A stretch of 42,827 bases of DNA, taken from positions 1 through 42,827 of the forward strand of contig JAUSLA010000024.1 in assembly GCA_030646565.1 (NCBI GenBank). The letters run 5' to 3'. The notes under the pieces were generated by a model that saw nothing but the letters and a program-made list of their open reading frames with translations, was not told the origin of the DNA and made no database searches. Positions within the stretch are counted from its first letter, which is position 1. Each line of letters begins with the position of its first letter. Made by a program: the position numbers and the translations under genes. This DNA is from a bacterium (GTDB lineage Bacteria; Patescibacteriota; Minisyncoccia; Minisyncoccales; RBG-13-42-11). Of this stretch, positions 33,589-40,890 are shown piece by piece.

Positions 33589-34218
33589 TCAGATACGGCT
33601 TCTGCTATTGACGAAGGTGAAGGGGAAGATGAGAATAAGATTCTCATCGCCTACAGCTATTGTTTTGAAGCCTAAATTTTTAGCAGTAATCAAGTTGGCT
33701 TCCTCGTTATCAGCATACCATCGCACCTTATAAGAAGAAACAGCTAGTTGCAAATTCTGAAAGGCGCGTGGGTCTGGTTTTTGGTAGCCATTATTTTCGA
33801 ACATGCCAAAGATTTGTACAAAAAGATCTTCTATTCCTATACATTCAAAAATATTCTTGGCAAAAGCTGATGGATTGTTGGTATGAACATAAAGCGGCGC
33901 ATCTAATCGTAAAAGAGCTTCGCGAAGTCGGTCATTCCTTCTGACGCCGTAAAATAAGGGATCTATCGCAAGATAAGTTTTCTTAATAAAGTCTTCTGTA
34001 TCTTGAATTATTCCCTCGCGCCAAAAAACCAATAAAGTGCTATGGATATTATGGCGCTTGAACAGCTCCCGCCGTTTTTCCAAAATTTGCTCTGCGCTAA
34101 TTGAGGCCATTCGAGCCAGAAGCGTAATCATTCTTTCGGTTATCGCTCTTTCAAACTCCGGCAGGCAATTATATAACGTACCATCATTATCGAACACATA
34201 GGCAATCTGTTGCGCCAC
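33589..34218 (-). CDS. HAD-superfamily phosphatase
   Basis: YVFDNDGTLY motif I. The GTG at 34218 follows AAGGAGGGCAAAA; the track ORF starts at a TTG at 34272. The C-terminal 19 aa are repeat-encoded. Confidence 0.75.
   Translation of the reverse strand: MAQQIAYVFDNDGTLYNCLPEFERAITERMITLLARMASISAEQILEKRRELFKRHNIHSTLLVFWREGIIQDTEDFIKKTYLAIDPLFYGVRRNDRLREALLRLDAPLYVHTNNPSAFAKNIFECIGIEDLFVQIFGMFENNGYQKPDPRAFQNLQLAVSSYKVRWYADNEEANLITAKNLGFKTIAVGDENLILIFPFTFVNSRSRI
33610..33652. repeat. mosaic hairpin unit (R11) inside the HAD gene's 3' end
   Basis: gacgaaggtgaaggggaa-GATGAGAAT-AAG-ATTCTCATC-gcc. Confidence 0.7.
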
Positions 34219-34248
34219 TTTTGCCCTCCTTATTTTAGAATATACAAA

Positions 34249-34285
34249 GGGGCGGCAGCGATAATTAATCAATCATGCCACCCCT
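34249..34285. terminator. GC-rich hairpin between the TrpD-like and HAD genes
   Basis: GGGGCGGCA...TGCCACCCC (9 bp, one G-U pair) flanked by AAA and TTT. Confidence 0.4.
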
Positions 34286-34290
34286 TTAGT

Positions 34291-35667
34291 TTAAATAATC
34301 GAGGGCTTTCCTCCGCTTAACTCTACGTAATGGGAAAGCGTTTGCCAAGCTCTTCCAGAGACAATAGCCCGACGACACTCCTGAAAACATTCGCAAAGAT
34401 ACTTTTTGTTAAGACCATCATTGCCGACAGCATCCGGACGGCTCAAGTAGTTATGGGCAAACAATCCTAAGGCTGCATTCATTGCCAAGAAATCAAGCTG
34501 ACACCCGCAACCATCTTGAAGCGCTTGACTATTGGCTTGCTGAAGAACAGCCCTTTCATTCTCTAATAGAATAGAAGCTGGGTTAATCGTTGTCCCAAAA
34601 TCACTAGGTCTAAGCAAAAATGTACCTAAAAATTTACCTTGATGAGCCATAGCTACTACTGAAGCATATGGAGAAACTTCATCCAAAACGGCATGTTTTT
34701 TAACCTGCTGAAAACTATTCGGATTTATTGACATACCTGCCTCGTTTAAGCCGCAGACAACTGCAATGCCACCTATTTCTTGCAACTCTTTCTGGTGCAA
34801 AAGAACGTAAGCTTTGGCGATCACTGAAGGATGAACTTTTTCGTTTACCCCCATAATCCGGCTAATTTTCGTTCTTGGACTAATTGGCGGACTCATTGGC
34901 CCGGTAATATGATTAATCGTTTCCATCATGATTAAATGAGAAGCGTCATGAACGGTTTTTACCAAATGAGCGTCAAGGTAACAAAATTTGTTCTGCTGCC
35001 AAATATTAATGATTTCTTCTTCAGTCGTATAATTCGTTCTGGCTCCAAAAAGTTCAATCGCTTCGGTGCTTCCGACAGCCGAAGTATTGGCGTAAGACCC
35101 GTGTTTAATTACAGGTAAGCCAAGGCTTGCCAATATCACGGCACTCAACGTGGAAACATTGATTGTTTTTTTTCGTGTTCCGTTCACCGAAAAACCGACA
35201 TCTGCTCCCATTCCGCAAGTATCAATAACTTCTCCCAAATCTAACTGAATTACAGTGTCCATTAATGTCGCGGCAACGATTCCGGCTACTTCTTCTGACG
35301 TTAATCCTTTAAAGGATTCTTTACCGGCCATTAATTGCAGGAAAGCGATGCCCTGACCAAGAGCTCTGCTTTCTGTAAAACCGTTCTGCAAATTTGCCGG
35401 TAGCAAGTCCTTGCAGATCGAAAAAATATCATTATTCGTAGCGGCTAACGTATAGAACATTCCGCAAAAGGCTTCCTCAAAGCTAAGGCTTAGACCATGC
35501 TTTACCTTTCGGTCCAAGGACTCCAAATGAATTTTGGCCAATTGCGAAACTATTTTTTTATTTCCGTCCAATCTAGCCGACACATTATATCCCCGGGCTA
35601 AACTCTCTCGCGCTTCTTGTTTAGCTCGCTTTTCTCCGTTAAGCAGAATCCGTGAAATACCTGTCAT
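34291..35667 (-). CDS. divergent glycosyltransferase family 3 protein (TrpD / nucleoside phosphorylase-like), 458 aa
   Basis: DTCGMGADVGF..TINVSTLSAVILASLGLPVIKHGSYANTSAVGSTEAIELFG parallels the TrpD block DTCGTGGDG..NISTxxA..A..G.PV.KHGNRxxSS..GSAD.LEALG, but with altered catalytic-loop residues. Confidence 0.7.
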   Translation of the reverse strand: MTGISRILLNGEKRAKQEARESLARGYNVSARLDGNKKIVSQLAKIHLESLDRKVKHGLSLSFEEAFCGMFYTLAATNNDIFSICKDLLPANLQNGFTESRALGQGIAFLQLMAGKESFKGLTSEEVAGIVAATLMDTVIQLDLGEVIDTCGMGADVGFSVNGTRKKTINVSTLSAVILASLGLPVIKHGSYANTSAVGSTEAIELFGARTNYTTEEEIINIWQQNKFCYLDAHLVKTVHDASHLIMMETINHITGPMSPPISPRTKISRIMGVNEKVHPSVIAKAYVLLHQKELQEIGGIAVVCGLNEAGMSINPNSFQQVKKHAVLDEVSPYASVVAMAHQGKFLGTFLLRPSDFGTTINPASILLENERAVLQQANSQALQDGCGCQLDFLAMNAALGLFAHNYLSRPDAVGNDGLNKKYLCECFQECRRAIVSGRAWQTLSHYVELSGGKPSII

Positions 35668-35712
35668 TTCTCCCCTCCCCTTTTTATTTTCAAAGAGCTA
35701 CCGAGAAGTCTT

Positions 35713-35980
35713 AAAAACAAAAAACTCCTCGTCTCTGCCGCATAAATAAATTATGCTTCAGGGACGAGAAGTCATCTCGCGGTGCCACCCCGATTTCTCT
35801 AATCAAATTTCAAAACGAAATTTGACGAGCTCTTCATCGACTTTGGTTTTACCAGTATCGATTATCCTATGGTTACGGAGGAAGCCGGGTTTCTACTGTT
35901 GCAGAAGCCACCTTGTCCCATTTACAGGACGAATCGGGCCCAATCCCCTTTTAAAAATTTCAGGGGACCCAATTCATAGG
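35713..35980 (-). promoter_or_regulatory. T-box leader (tRNA-sensing riboswitch) with an antiterminator/terminator switch
   Basis: Minus strand: AAATCGGGGTGGCACCGCGAGA (T-box core at 35791-35778). Antiterminator: GGG / bulge GUGGCACC / GCGAGA-UGACU-UCUCGU / CCC. The competing terminator ACTTCTCGTC...GACGAGGAGT is followed by TTTTTTGTTTTT. Confidence 0.8.
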
Positions 35981-36011
35981 TTTTAAATTATTATCATAAA
36001 AGCTATTTTTA

Positions 36012-36039
36012 ATAATAGCAGACCAAGCAACTTTGTCAA
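36012..36039 (-). promoter_or_regulatory. sigma70-type promoter driving the T-box leader
   Basis: Minus strand: TTGACA, 16 nt, TATTAT. Confidence 0.6.
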
Positions 36040-36040
36040 T

Positions 36041-36407
36041 AGCCCGAGCTTTTGCGTAGCAAATCAAAGAAGATAAATCTTCTTTTCTATCTTCGTTCGC
36101 CACAGGCGAACTCGATAAGCGAAGGGTGAAGATGAAGACTGCGTCTTCATCGCCGACCGAGTCTCACTTGTGAGACGAGGCGGAAGAAGAGGCTGAAGGC
36201 CTCTTCGCCGACCGAGTCCCACTGCAAGCGAGGCGCAGGTGGAAAAAAATTTATTTCTTCACTTAATAAAAAAGCCCGAAACTATAATTTTCCGGGCTCT
36301 TTAGGGCGACGAGAACTGCGTCCTCATCTTCACTCTTCGCTTCGCTTGAGTGGGCGACGAGGACTGCGTCCTCATCTTGACCTTCGTCCCGCTTCGCGGG
36401 ACTCGGT
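36041..36407. repeat. densest array of mosaic hairpin units (R12)
   Basis: At least 9 consecutive hairpins, including AAGAAGAT-AA-ATCTTCTT, GATGAAGAC-TGC-GTCTTCATC, GTCTCAC-TTG-TGAGAC, GAAGAGGC-TGAAG-GCCTCTTC and GACGAGGAC-TGC-GTCCTCATC, plus cgaagggtgaa/cactcttcgcttcgc linkers. Confidence 0.85.
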
Positions 36408-36866
36408 AGGTGAAAGTACCCACCGATTGGCAACTCTTAGATATTTAGACTCATTGCCTTCGATTGAAAGTTTATGCATTAAAACAACATCGCTATTTGG
36501 CAGTTCTTTTACCGGCTGAACACAAAGATATTCCTTCAATCGGTCTTGTTCGTAAACTTTGACTACGCTTGGATAGCCAGGAATACGATAAACGCGGTCT
36601 GGAAAGATTGAGCTTCCTACTTCAATGAAACCTTTTTGGCTAAGCTGTTCTCTCTCCTTTTCTGTTAGAATACTTTGAAGCAGCTGGTCTGCTCGTTTTT
36701 CTGCTTTCTCAAAGTCTATATTTGAATTTGGAACAGGTGAATTTGAAACAGGAACGGTCCCACGTTTGAGACTGCGATTGAGACTGCAAATAGTCATTAT
36801 GAAGCACATTACAAGTGGCAAAAGAATAAACAAAATTTGTCCCAAATATGCAAATATAAAATCCAC
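36372..36866 (-). CDS. hypothetical membrane-anchored protein coupled to the upstream GG-tailed ORF
   Basis: GTG start 4 nt after GGGAGGT. N-terminal TM segment. The C-terminal SPTESREAGRRSR* is encoded by repeat R12. Confidence 0.5.
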   Translation of the reverse strand: MDFIFAYLGQILFILLPLVMCFIMTICSLNRSLKRGTVPVSNSPVPNSNIDFEKAEKRADQLLQSILTEKEREQLSQKGFIEVGSSIFPDRVYRIPGYPSVVKVYEQDRLKEYLCVQPVKELPNSDVVLMHKLSIEGNESKYLRVANRWVLSPTESREAGRRSR

Positions 36867-36881
36867 GACTACCTCCCTGAA

Positions 36882-37127
36882 TTACCCTCCTGCGATTCGG
36901 GGCACAATAATTGTTTCTTTGGCATCCTGCTCAAAGACATCAATCCGCTCGGCCGGTATTCCGGGCTCAACCCTGAAAGCCACTGCGCCGCGTGAGCGTT
37001 CTTGAGCAAAAATGCGTTCTGCTTCCAGAACCGCGGCAAGGGCTTCGGGATCACCGCTCTCAACTTTTGCCGGGTCCCAACAAATGGTCTTGTCTCCTGC
37101 CGAGGAAAGCACTCTTAGAACTGCCAT
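36882..37127 (-). CDS. 81-aa putative beta-grasp (ThiS/MoaD/ubiquitin-like) protein ending in Gly-Gly
   Basis: SD AAGGAG lies 6 nt upstream. The sequence ends ...ETIIVPRIAGG*. The predicted strand/helix order fits a beta-grasp fold. The gene is clearly GC-richer than its neighbours. Confidence 0.45.
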   Translation of the reverse strand: MAVLRVLSSAGDKTICWDPAKVESGDPEALAAVLEAERIFAQERSRGAVAFRVEPGIPAERIDVFEQDAKETIIVPRIAGG

Positions 37128-37255
37128 TAGCTTCTCCTTCTGCCATTTTAAGGCATTTTTTTAGGTGCTAACTTAAACATACCAAACTTCAATTTTTTGT
37201 CAATGTGGAGAGGTCGGGTCTTTATTTTTCCGTAAAATTATGGTATTTTTAAAAA

Positions 37256-37852
37256 ATGATAAAAAACTTGCCTATCGAATTAGAATTGAGAAAATTAGAC
37301 CTTACAGAAAAGGAAGTAAAAGTATATTTAGCCGGTTTAGAGTTGGGACCGAGTTCGGTTCAAAAAATTGCCGAGCTTGTCAACATTGCAAGGCCCACAA
37401 CTTATGAAATTATCAAGCGCTTGGAAAAAAAAGGACTTTTTGAGGAGGTTAAAGAAAAAAGGAAAAGATTATTTTCCGCCAGATCTCCAGAAAACATTTT
37501 AGGATTATTGAGAACAAAAAAAAGAGAAATTGAAGAAAAAGAAAGAGAATTTATCAGGATTATTTCTGCTTTAGAGCCAAAATATTCTAAAGAAGGAATT
37601 AAGGTATTCAAAGGAAAGGAGGGATTGAGGGCATTAGGAGAAATCATTTCTTTCAGCCGGGTTCCGGAAATTATTATTGTTAACCGGGAAAATAATCCAA
37701 TAAATTATAAGAGAATATATCGGGATATCAAAAAAAGATTAGGCGAGGTTAAAGTTAAAGAAATAAACAGCGGACTTGATGGAACTTTGATTATTTTTGA
37801 CAGAGTGGCATATTTCCCCAAGAAAAAACAAATTGGTTTTCTGCTCGGCTGA
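37256..37852 (+). CDS. TrmB-family transcriptional regulator
   Basis: LDLTEKEVKVYLAGLELGPSSVQKIAELVNIARPTTYEIIKRLEKKGL is the TrmB N-terminal wHTH. Confidence 0.8.
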   Translation: MIKNLPIELELRKLDLTEKEVKVYLAGLELGPSSVQKIAELVNIARPTTYEIIKRLEKKGLFEEVKEKRKRLFSARSPENILGLLRTKKREIEEKEREFIRIISALEPKYSKEGIKVFKGKEGLRALGEIISFSRVPEIIIVNRENNPINYKRIYRDIKKRLGEVKVKEINSGLDGTLIIFDRVAYFPKKKQIGFLLG

Positions 37853-37908
37853 ATAAAAAAACGATTCCGTCCTGAAGGGCGGAGTCGTTTTTTTAATAGC
37901 TAAATTTT

Positions 37909-38181
37909 CTACATTCCCGAACCCGGGTTGGCTGGCGGAGGAGGAGAAGTTGGAGGCGGAGGCGGGGTTGGGTCTATAGGTGGAGGGGGCGGCGATAAAG
38001 GAGGGGAAGGTTGCATTGGAAGAGTCGGCCCTTGCGATTTCTGGGGAAGGTACGAAGAAGATTCCTTCTTCGCCACCTCAGTTAAAACTTCGGTATTCGA
38101 AACGTTTGGCTTTCCTCTTTTTGAATAATAAATAAAAAGGATCACTGCCACAACGATAACAATAAGTATAAAAAGCGTCAT
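37909..38181 (-). CDS. membrane-anchored proline-rich protein
   Basis: N-terminal TM segment (LFILIVIVVAVILFIYY) and a C-terminal PPLSPPPPPIDPTPPPPPTSPPPP tract. Confidence 0.5.
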   Translation of the reverse strand: MTLFILIVIVVAVILFIYYSKRGKPNVSNTEVLTEVAKKESSSYLPQKSQGPTLPMQPSPPLSPPPPPIDPTPPPPPTSPPPPANPGSGM

Positions 38182-38186
38182 ATAAT

Positions 38187-38290
38187 GAGTCCTTCTTGGA
38201 CGGACGAAATTGAAGACGAGGACGCAGTCCTCGTCGCCTATGAGTCCAGCTTTGCTGGACGAAAGTGGAGATGAAATTTATTTCATCGAC
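38187..38290. repeat. mosaic hairpin repeat locus (R13)
   Basis: GTCC-TTCTTG-GAC, GACGAGGAC-GCA-GTCCTCGTC, GTCCAGC-TTT-GCTGGAC and GATGAAAT-TT-ATTTCATC. Confidence 0.8.
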
Positions 38291-38380
38291 CAAGTAATTT
38301 CTAATATTTATAAAGCTTCGACTTTGCGTTGCTCTATCTTTATTTTCTTTCTTTATCACTCCCCTGTCAAGAGAAGATTT

Positions 38381-39772
38381 TTAGAAATTAGAGATTAACT
38401 TATATATATCCCCTGCCCCCATTATTATTAAAACATCAAATGGCGAAGAGATAAATCTCTTCTTCACCTTCGCCCCGCAATAGCGGGGCTCGGTCTCTGA
38501 AAGATTTTTTTTAAGATAATCTAAAATTTTTTCCTTTGGGAGATACATTATATCTTTCCTTTTTATTGCCTTCACTAATTTTTCAGAATTTACTTTCTCT
38601 TTTATTTTCCCTTCTTCCCTGCCGGCCACGTCATAAATATCGGTTATGATAATTTTATTTATGCATAAAGCCTGCTTAAAAACATTCACAAAATCTTTAA
38701 ATAAATAATGCGTTCTTTGATATTGATGCGGCTGAAAAACGCACCAGATTCTTTGCTTTGGATATTTTTCCCGGGCGGCCTTAAAGGTAACTTTTACTTC
38801 CGTGGGATGATGGCCGTAGTCAGAAATAATTGTTTTTCTCGCAGAACCTCCTTTTACTGCGAGGACGGGCCTCGTAATTTCAAAACGGCGCCAAGAACCG
38901 CGATATTCTGACAAAGCCTTAAAGGATATTTTATCAGGGATTTTCAAAGCGCGGGCCGCTGTCAAAGCCGCTAAAGCGTTGGAAATATTATGGTCTCCCG
39001 GCACCTTTAAAATCTGTTTTAATTTTTTTGCTTCTTTTTGTTTCAAGCTATACAAAGAGATCAGATCTCCTCGGGAGATCCGATCTCCAATAATTTCTTG
39101 AATATTTCTCTCATCTTTGTTTGCCACCAGAACTCCGTCTTCCGGCAAATGCCCGATATATTTTTTGAATACCTTTAAAATATTACCCAAATTTTTATAA
39201 TAGTCCAAGTGGTCAGCTTCAATTGTTGTTAAAATAATAATTTTCGGCCAGTAATTTAAAAAAGAGGCAAAATGCTCGTCTGCCTCAATGACTAAATATT
39301 CACTCTTCCCTACCCTGCAGTTATTGTCGTTAAATTCTTTGACTTTTGTGCCGACGATTACCGTCGGGTCAAGCCCGGCCTTAACCAGCAAAATGCCGAG
39401 CATTGCTGTTGTTGTGCTTTTTCCGTGCGTTCCCGAAACCGCAATGGTAAAATATTGTTTTGTTAATTCGCCTAATGCTTCCGGATAACTCTGGCATTTT
39501 ATCCCCAATTTCCTTGCAAATTTTAGCTCAGAATTATCTTTTTTGACAGCCGGACTATAAATTACCAAATCTATATCTTTTGGTAAATTTTCTGGCTTGT
39601 GCGGACCGATAATAATTTTTGCCCCAAGCTTTCCCAAGACATCCGTGATTTCGGAAGAAACCAAATCAGAGCCGCTAACCTCGCAGCCTTTTTCCAGATA
39701 ATATTTCGCCAAAGCCGAAACACCAATGCCTCCAATGCCAATAAAATGAATTTTTAGTTTTTTAATTGGCAT
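38381..39772 (-). CDS. murC: UDP-N-acetylmuramate--L-alanine ligase
   Basis: IHFIGIGGIGVSALAKYY, AVSGTHGKSTTTAM and C-terminal IIMGAGDI. It carries an in-frame repeat-derived insertion near the C-terminus. Confidence 0.9.
   Translation of the reverse strand: MPIKKLKIHFIGIGGIGVSALAKYYLEKGCEVSGSDLVSSEITDVLGKLGAKIIIGPHKPENLPKDIDLVIYSPAVKKDNSELKFARKLGIKCQSYPEALGELTKQYFTIAVSGTHGKSTTTAMLGILLVKAGLDPTVIVGTKVKEFNDNNCRVGKSEYLVIEADEHFASFLNYWPKIIILTTIEADHLDYYKNLGNILKVFKKYIGHLPEDGVLVANKDERNIQEIIGDRISRGDLISLYSLKQKEAKKLKQILKVPGDHNISNALAALTAARALKIPDKISFKALSEYRGSWRRFEITRPVLAVKGGSARKTIISDYGHHPTEVKVTFKAAREKYPKQRIWCVFQPHQYQRTHYLFKDFVNVFKQALCINKIIITDIYDVAGREEGKIKEKVNSEKLVKAIKRKDIMYLPKEKILDYLKKNLSETEPRYCGAKVKKRFISSPFDVLIIMGAGDIYKLISNF
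38441..38495. repeat. mosaic hairpin units (R14) inserted in-frame in murC
   Basis: GAAGAGAT-AA-ATCTCTTC, ttcaccttcgc, CCCCGC-AATA-GCGGGG, ctcggt. Translated as ETEPRYCGAKVKKRFISS within MurC. Confidence 0.8.
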
Positions 39773-40323
39773 GATTCTAAAATAGTATATTCCGGACCTT
39801 CTCTTTTCAGCTTGCTCTCCATTACCTCAATTGAATTTACCGGAAAGCTTAAATCGATTTCTTCGTTGACATCAGGTTTCTCTTCTTCCTCAATTCTCCT
39901 TAATTCCCAAGTTTTTATTCTACCCAACGTAATATGAGAGGCATACGGTTTAACATCGGGATTTAAACTTTCTGGAGAAGTTGTCAAAAGAGAATTTTCC
40001 AACTCGCTTTGCAATGCTCCCAATTCTTTTGATTTTTCTCCTTCTATCCATACCATCCGGGGAGGAAATTTTTTTGGCGGGCCGTAAATAATTTTTTCAA
40101 GTTTGATAAAAAATGGAGAATGCCGGGAAGCTATTTCTTTCGCAGTTTTGCAAACCTCCAAAACCTCCTCGTCTGAAAGAGCCCCGATAAAAATCAAGGT
40201 AATATGCAAATTCTCTTTTTTCGTCCAACGGCAGGGCAGCTCCGGCCATTTTGTTTTATAATCTGCAAGTTTCTTTTTTATATCATCCGGCAGATTAATA
40301 GCAATAAAAACTCTGTGTTGCAT
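39754..40323 (-). CDS. 2H phosphoesterase (LigT/ThpR 2'-5' RNA ligase family)
   Basis: Two HxT motifs (LHITLIF and SHITLGR). The start at 40323 is MQHRVFIAINLP. Confidence 0.8.
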   Translation of the reverse strand: MQHRVFIAINLPDDIKKKLADYKTKWPELPCRWTKKENLHITLIFIGALSDEEVLEVCKTAKEIASRHSPFFIKLEKIIYGPPKKFPPRMVWIEGEKSKELGALQSELENSLLTTSPESLNPDVKPYASHITLGRIKTWELRRIEEEEKPDVNEEIDLSFPVNSIEVMESKLKREGPEYTILESCQLKN

Positions 40324-40339
40324 GTTAAAATATCGCTTA

Positions 40340-40473
40340 CCCAAGCCACGTCAAAGAGAACTGCGTTCTCTTCTCCATCTGCGTTCCGCAAAGCGGAACT
40401 TAATCAGCGAAGGGTGGAGGCAAAGAGAACTATGTTCTCTTCTTAAACCCTCATCCCGCAAGCGGGATTCAGT
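40340..40473. repeat. mosaic hairpin repeat locus (R15)
   Basis: AAGAGAAC-TGC-GTTCTCTT, GTTCCGC-AAA-GCGGAAC, cgaagggtgga, AAGAGAAC-TAT-GTTCTCTT and ATCCCGC-AA-GCGGGAT. Confidence 0.8.
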
Positions 40474-40554
40474 AGATGAATGAAAGTTCTTCGATTGTAT
40501 TTTAACATAAAAAGCCGTAGAATTAAAGAACGAGTTTTTTGAATAAAAAACGAA

Positions 40555-40586
40555 GTTAAAGATGAAGCGAAGCTTCATCGCCCGAC
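40555..40586. repeat. single hairpin unit (R16)
   Basis: GATGAAGC-GA-AGCTTCATC-gccc. Confidence 0.6.
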
Positions 40587-40589
40587 TAT

Positions 40590-40883
40590 ATGCATTTCAA
40601 ATTTAAAGGACCATTAAAAGAAAGCATTTATAACTTAATGCGGCAGGCCGGCTATTTTTTTCAAGGCAAAGATGAAGAAACAGGAGAACTTAATTTTGTT
40701 CGACCGCCCCGCGGCTACCCAAGATTTCATTTATTTATTAAAGTTCAAGACGAAAATTTAACTTTCAGCCTGCATTTGGACCAAAAGCGACCGATTTATC
40801 GTGGCGTTCCTGCTCATGCCGGCGAATACAACAACGAAATGATTGAAAAAGAAATGGAGAGAATAAAAGGAATCTTAAAATAA
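40590..40883 (+). CDS. hypothetical protein (97 aa)
   Basis: Long ORF with coherent composition. No motif recognised. Confidence 0.45.
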   Translation: MHFKFKGPLKESIYNLMRQAGYFFQGKDEETGELNFVRPPRGYPRFHLFIKVQDENLTFSLHLDQKRPIYRGVPAHAGEYNNEMIEKEMERIKGILK

Positions 40884-40890
40884 ATATTTC

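Noticed and set aside
35918-35920. Firm assignment of UGG (Trp) as the T-box specifier codon
   Set aside because: The codon context AAAUGGG and the UGGC bulge are compatible with tRNA-Trp. I could not derive a canonical Stem I with this triplet in the 3' side of a specifier loop, and other G73 tRNAs remain possible. It is kept as a hypothesis inside the T-box finding.
36041-36420. Possible CRISPR array in the dense repeat block
   Set aside because: The units are individually palindromic, vary in sequence and length, and directly abut one another without unique spacers of regular size. No cas genes are nearby.
36766-37063. ORFs 36766..37005 (+) and 36869..37063 (-)
   Set aside because: These are alternative frames across the GC-rich 81-aa gene. 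They lack SDs and are open only because high GC depletes stop codons.
37928-38359. ORFs 37928..38128 (+, Gly-rich) and 38078..38359 (-)
   Set aside because: The first is the antisense reading of the Pro-rich tract. The second runs through repeat R13 and overlaps the TM protein gene.
40204-40578. ORFs 40204..40446 (+) and 40351..40578 (-)
   Set aside because: They are antisense to ligT or read through repeats R15/R16. They have no SD and repeat-type low-complexity translations.
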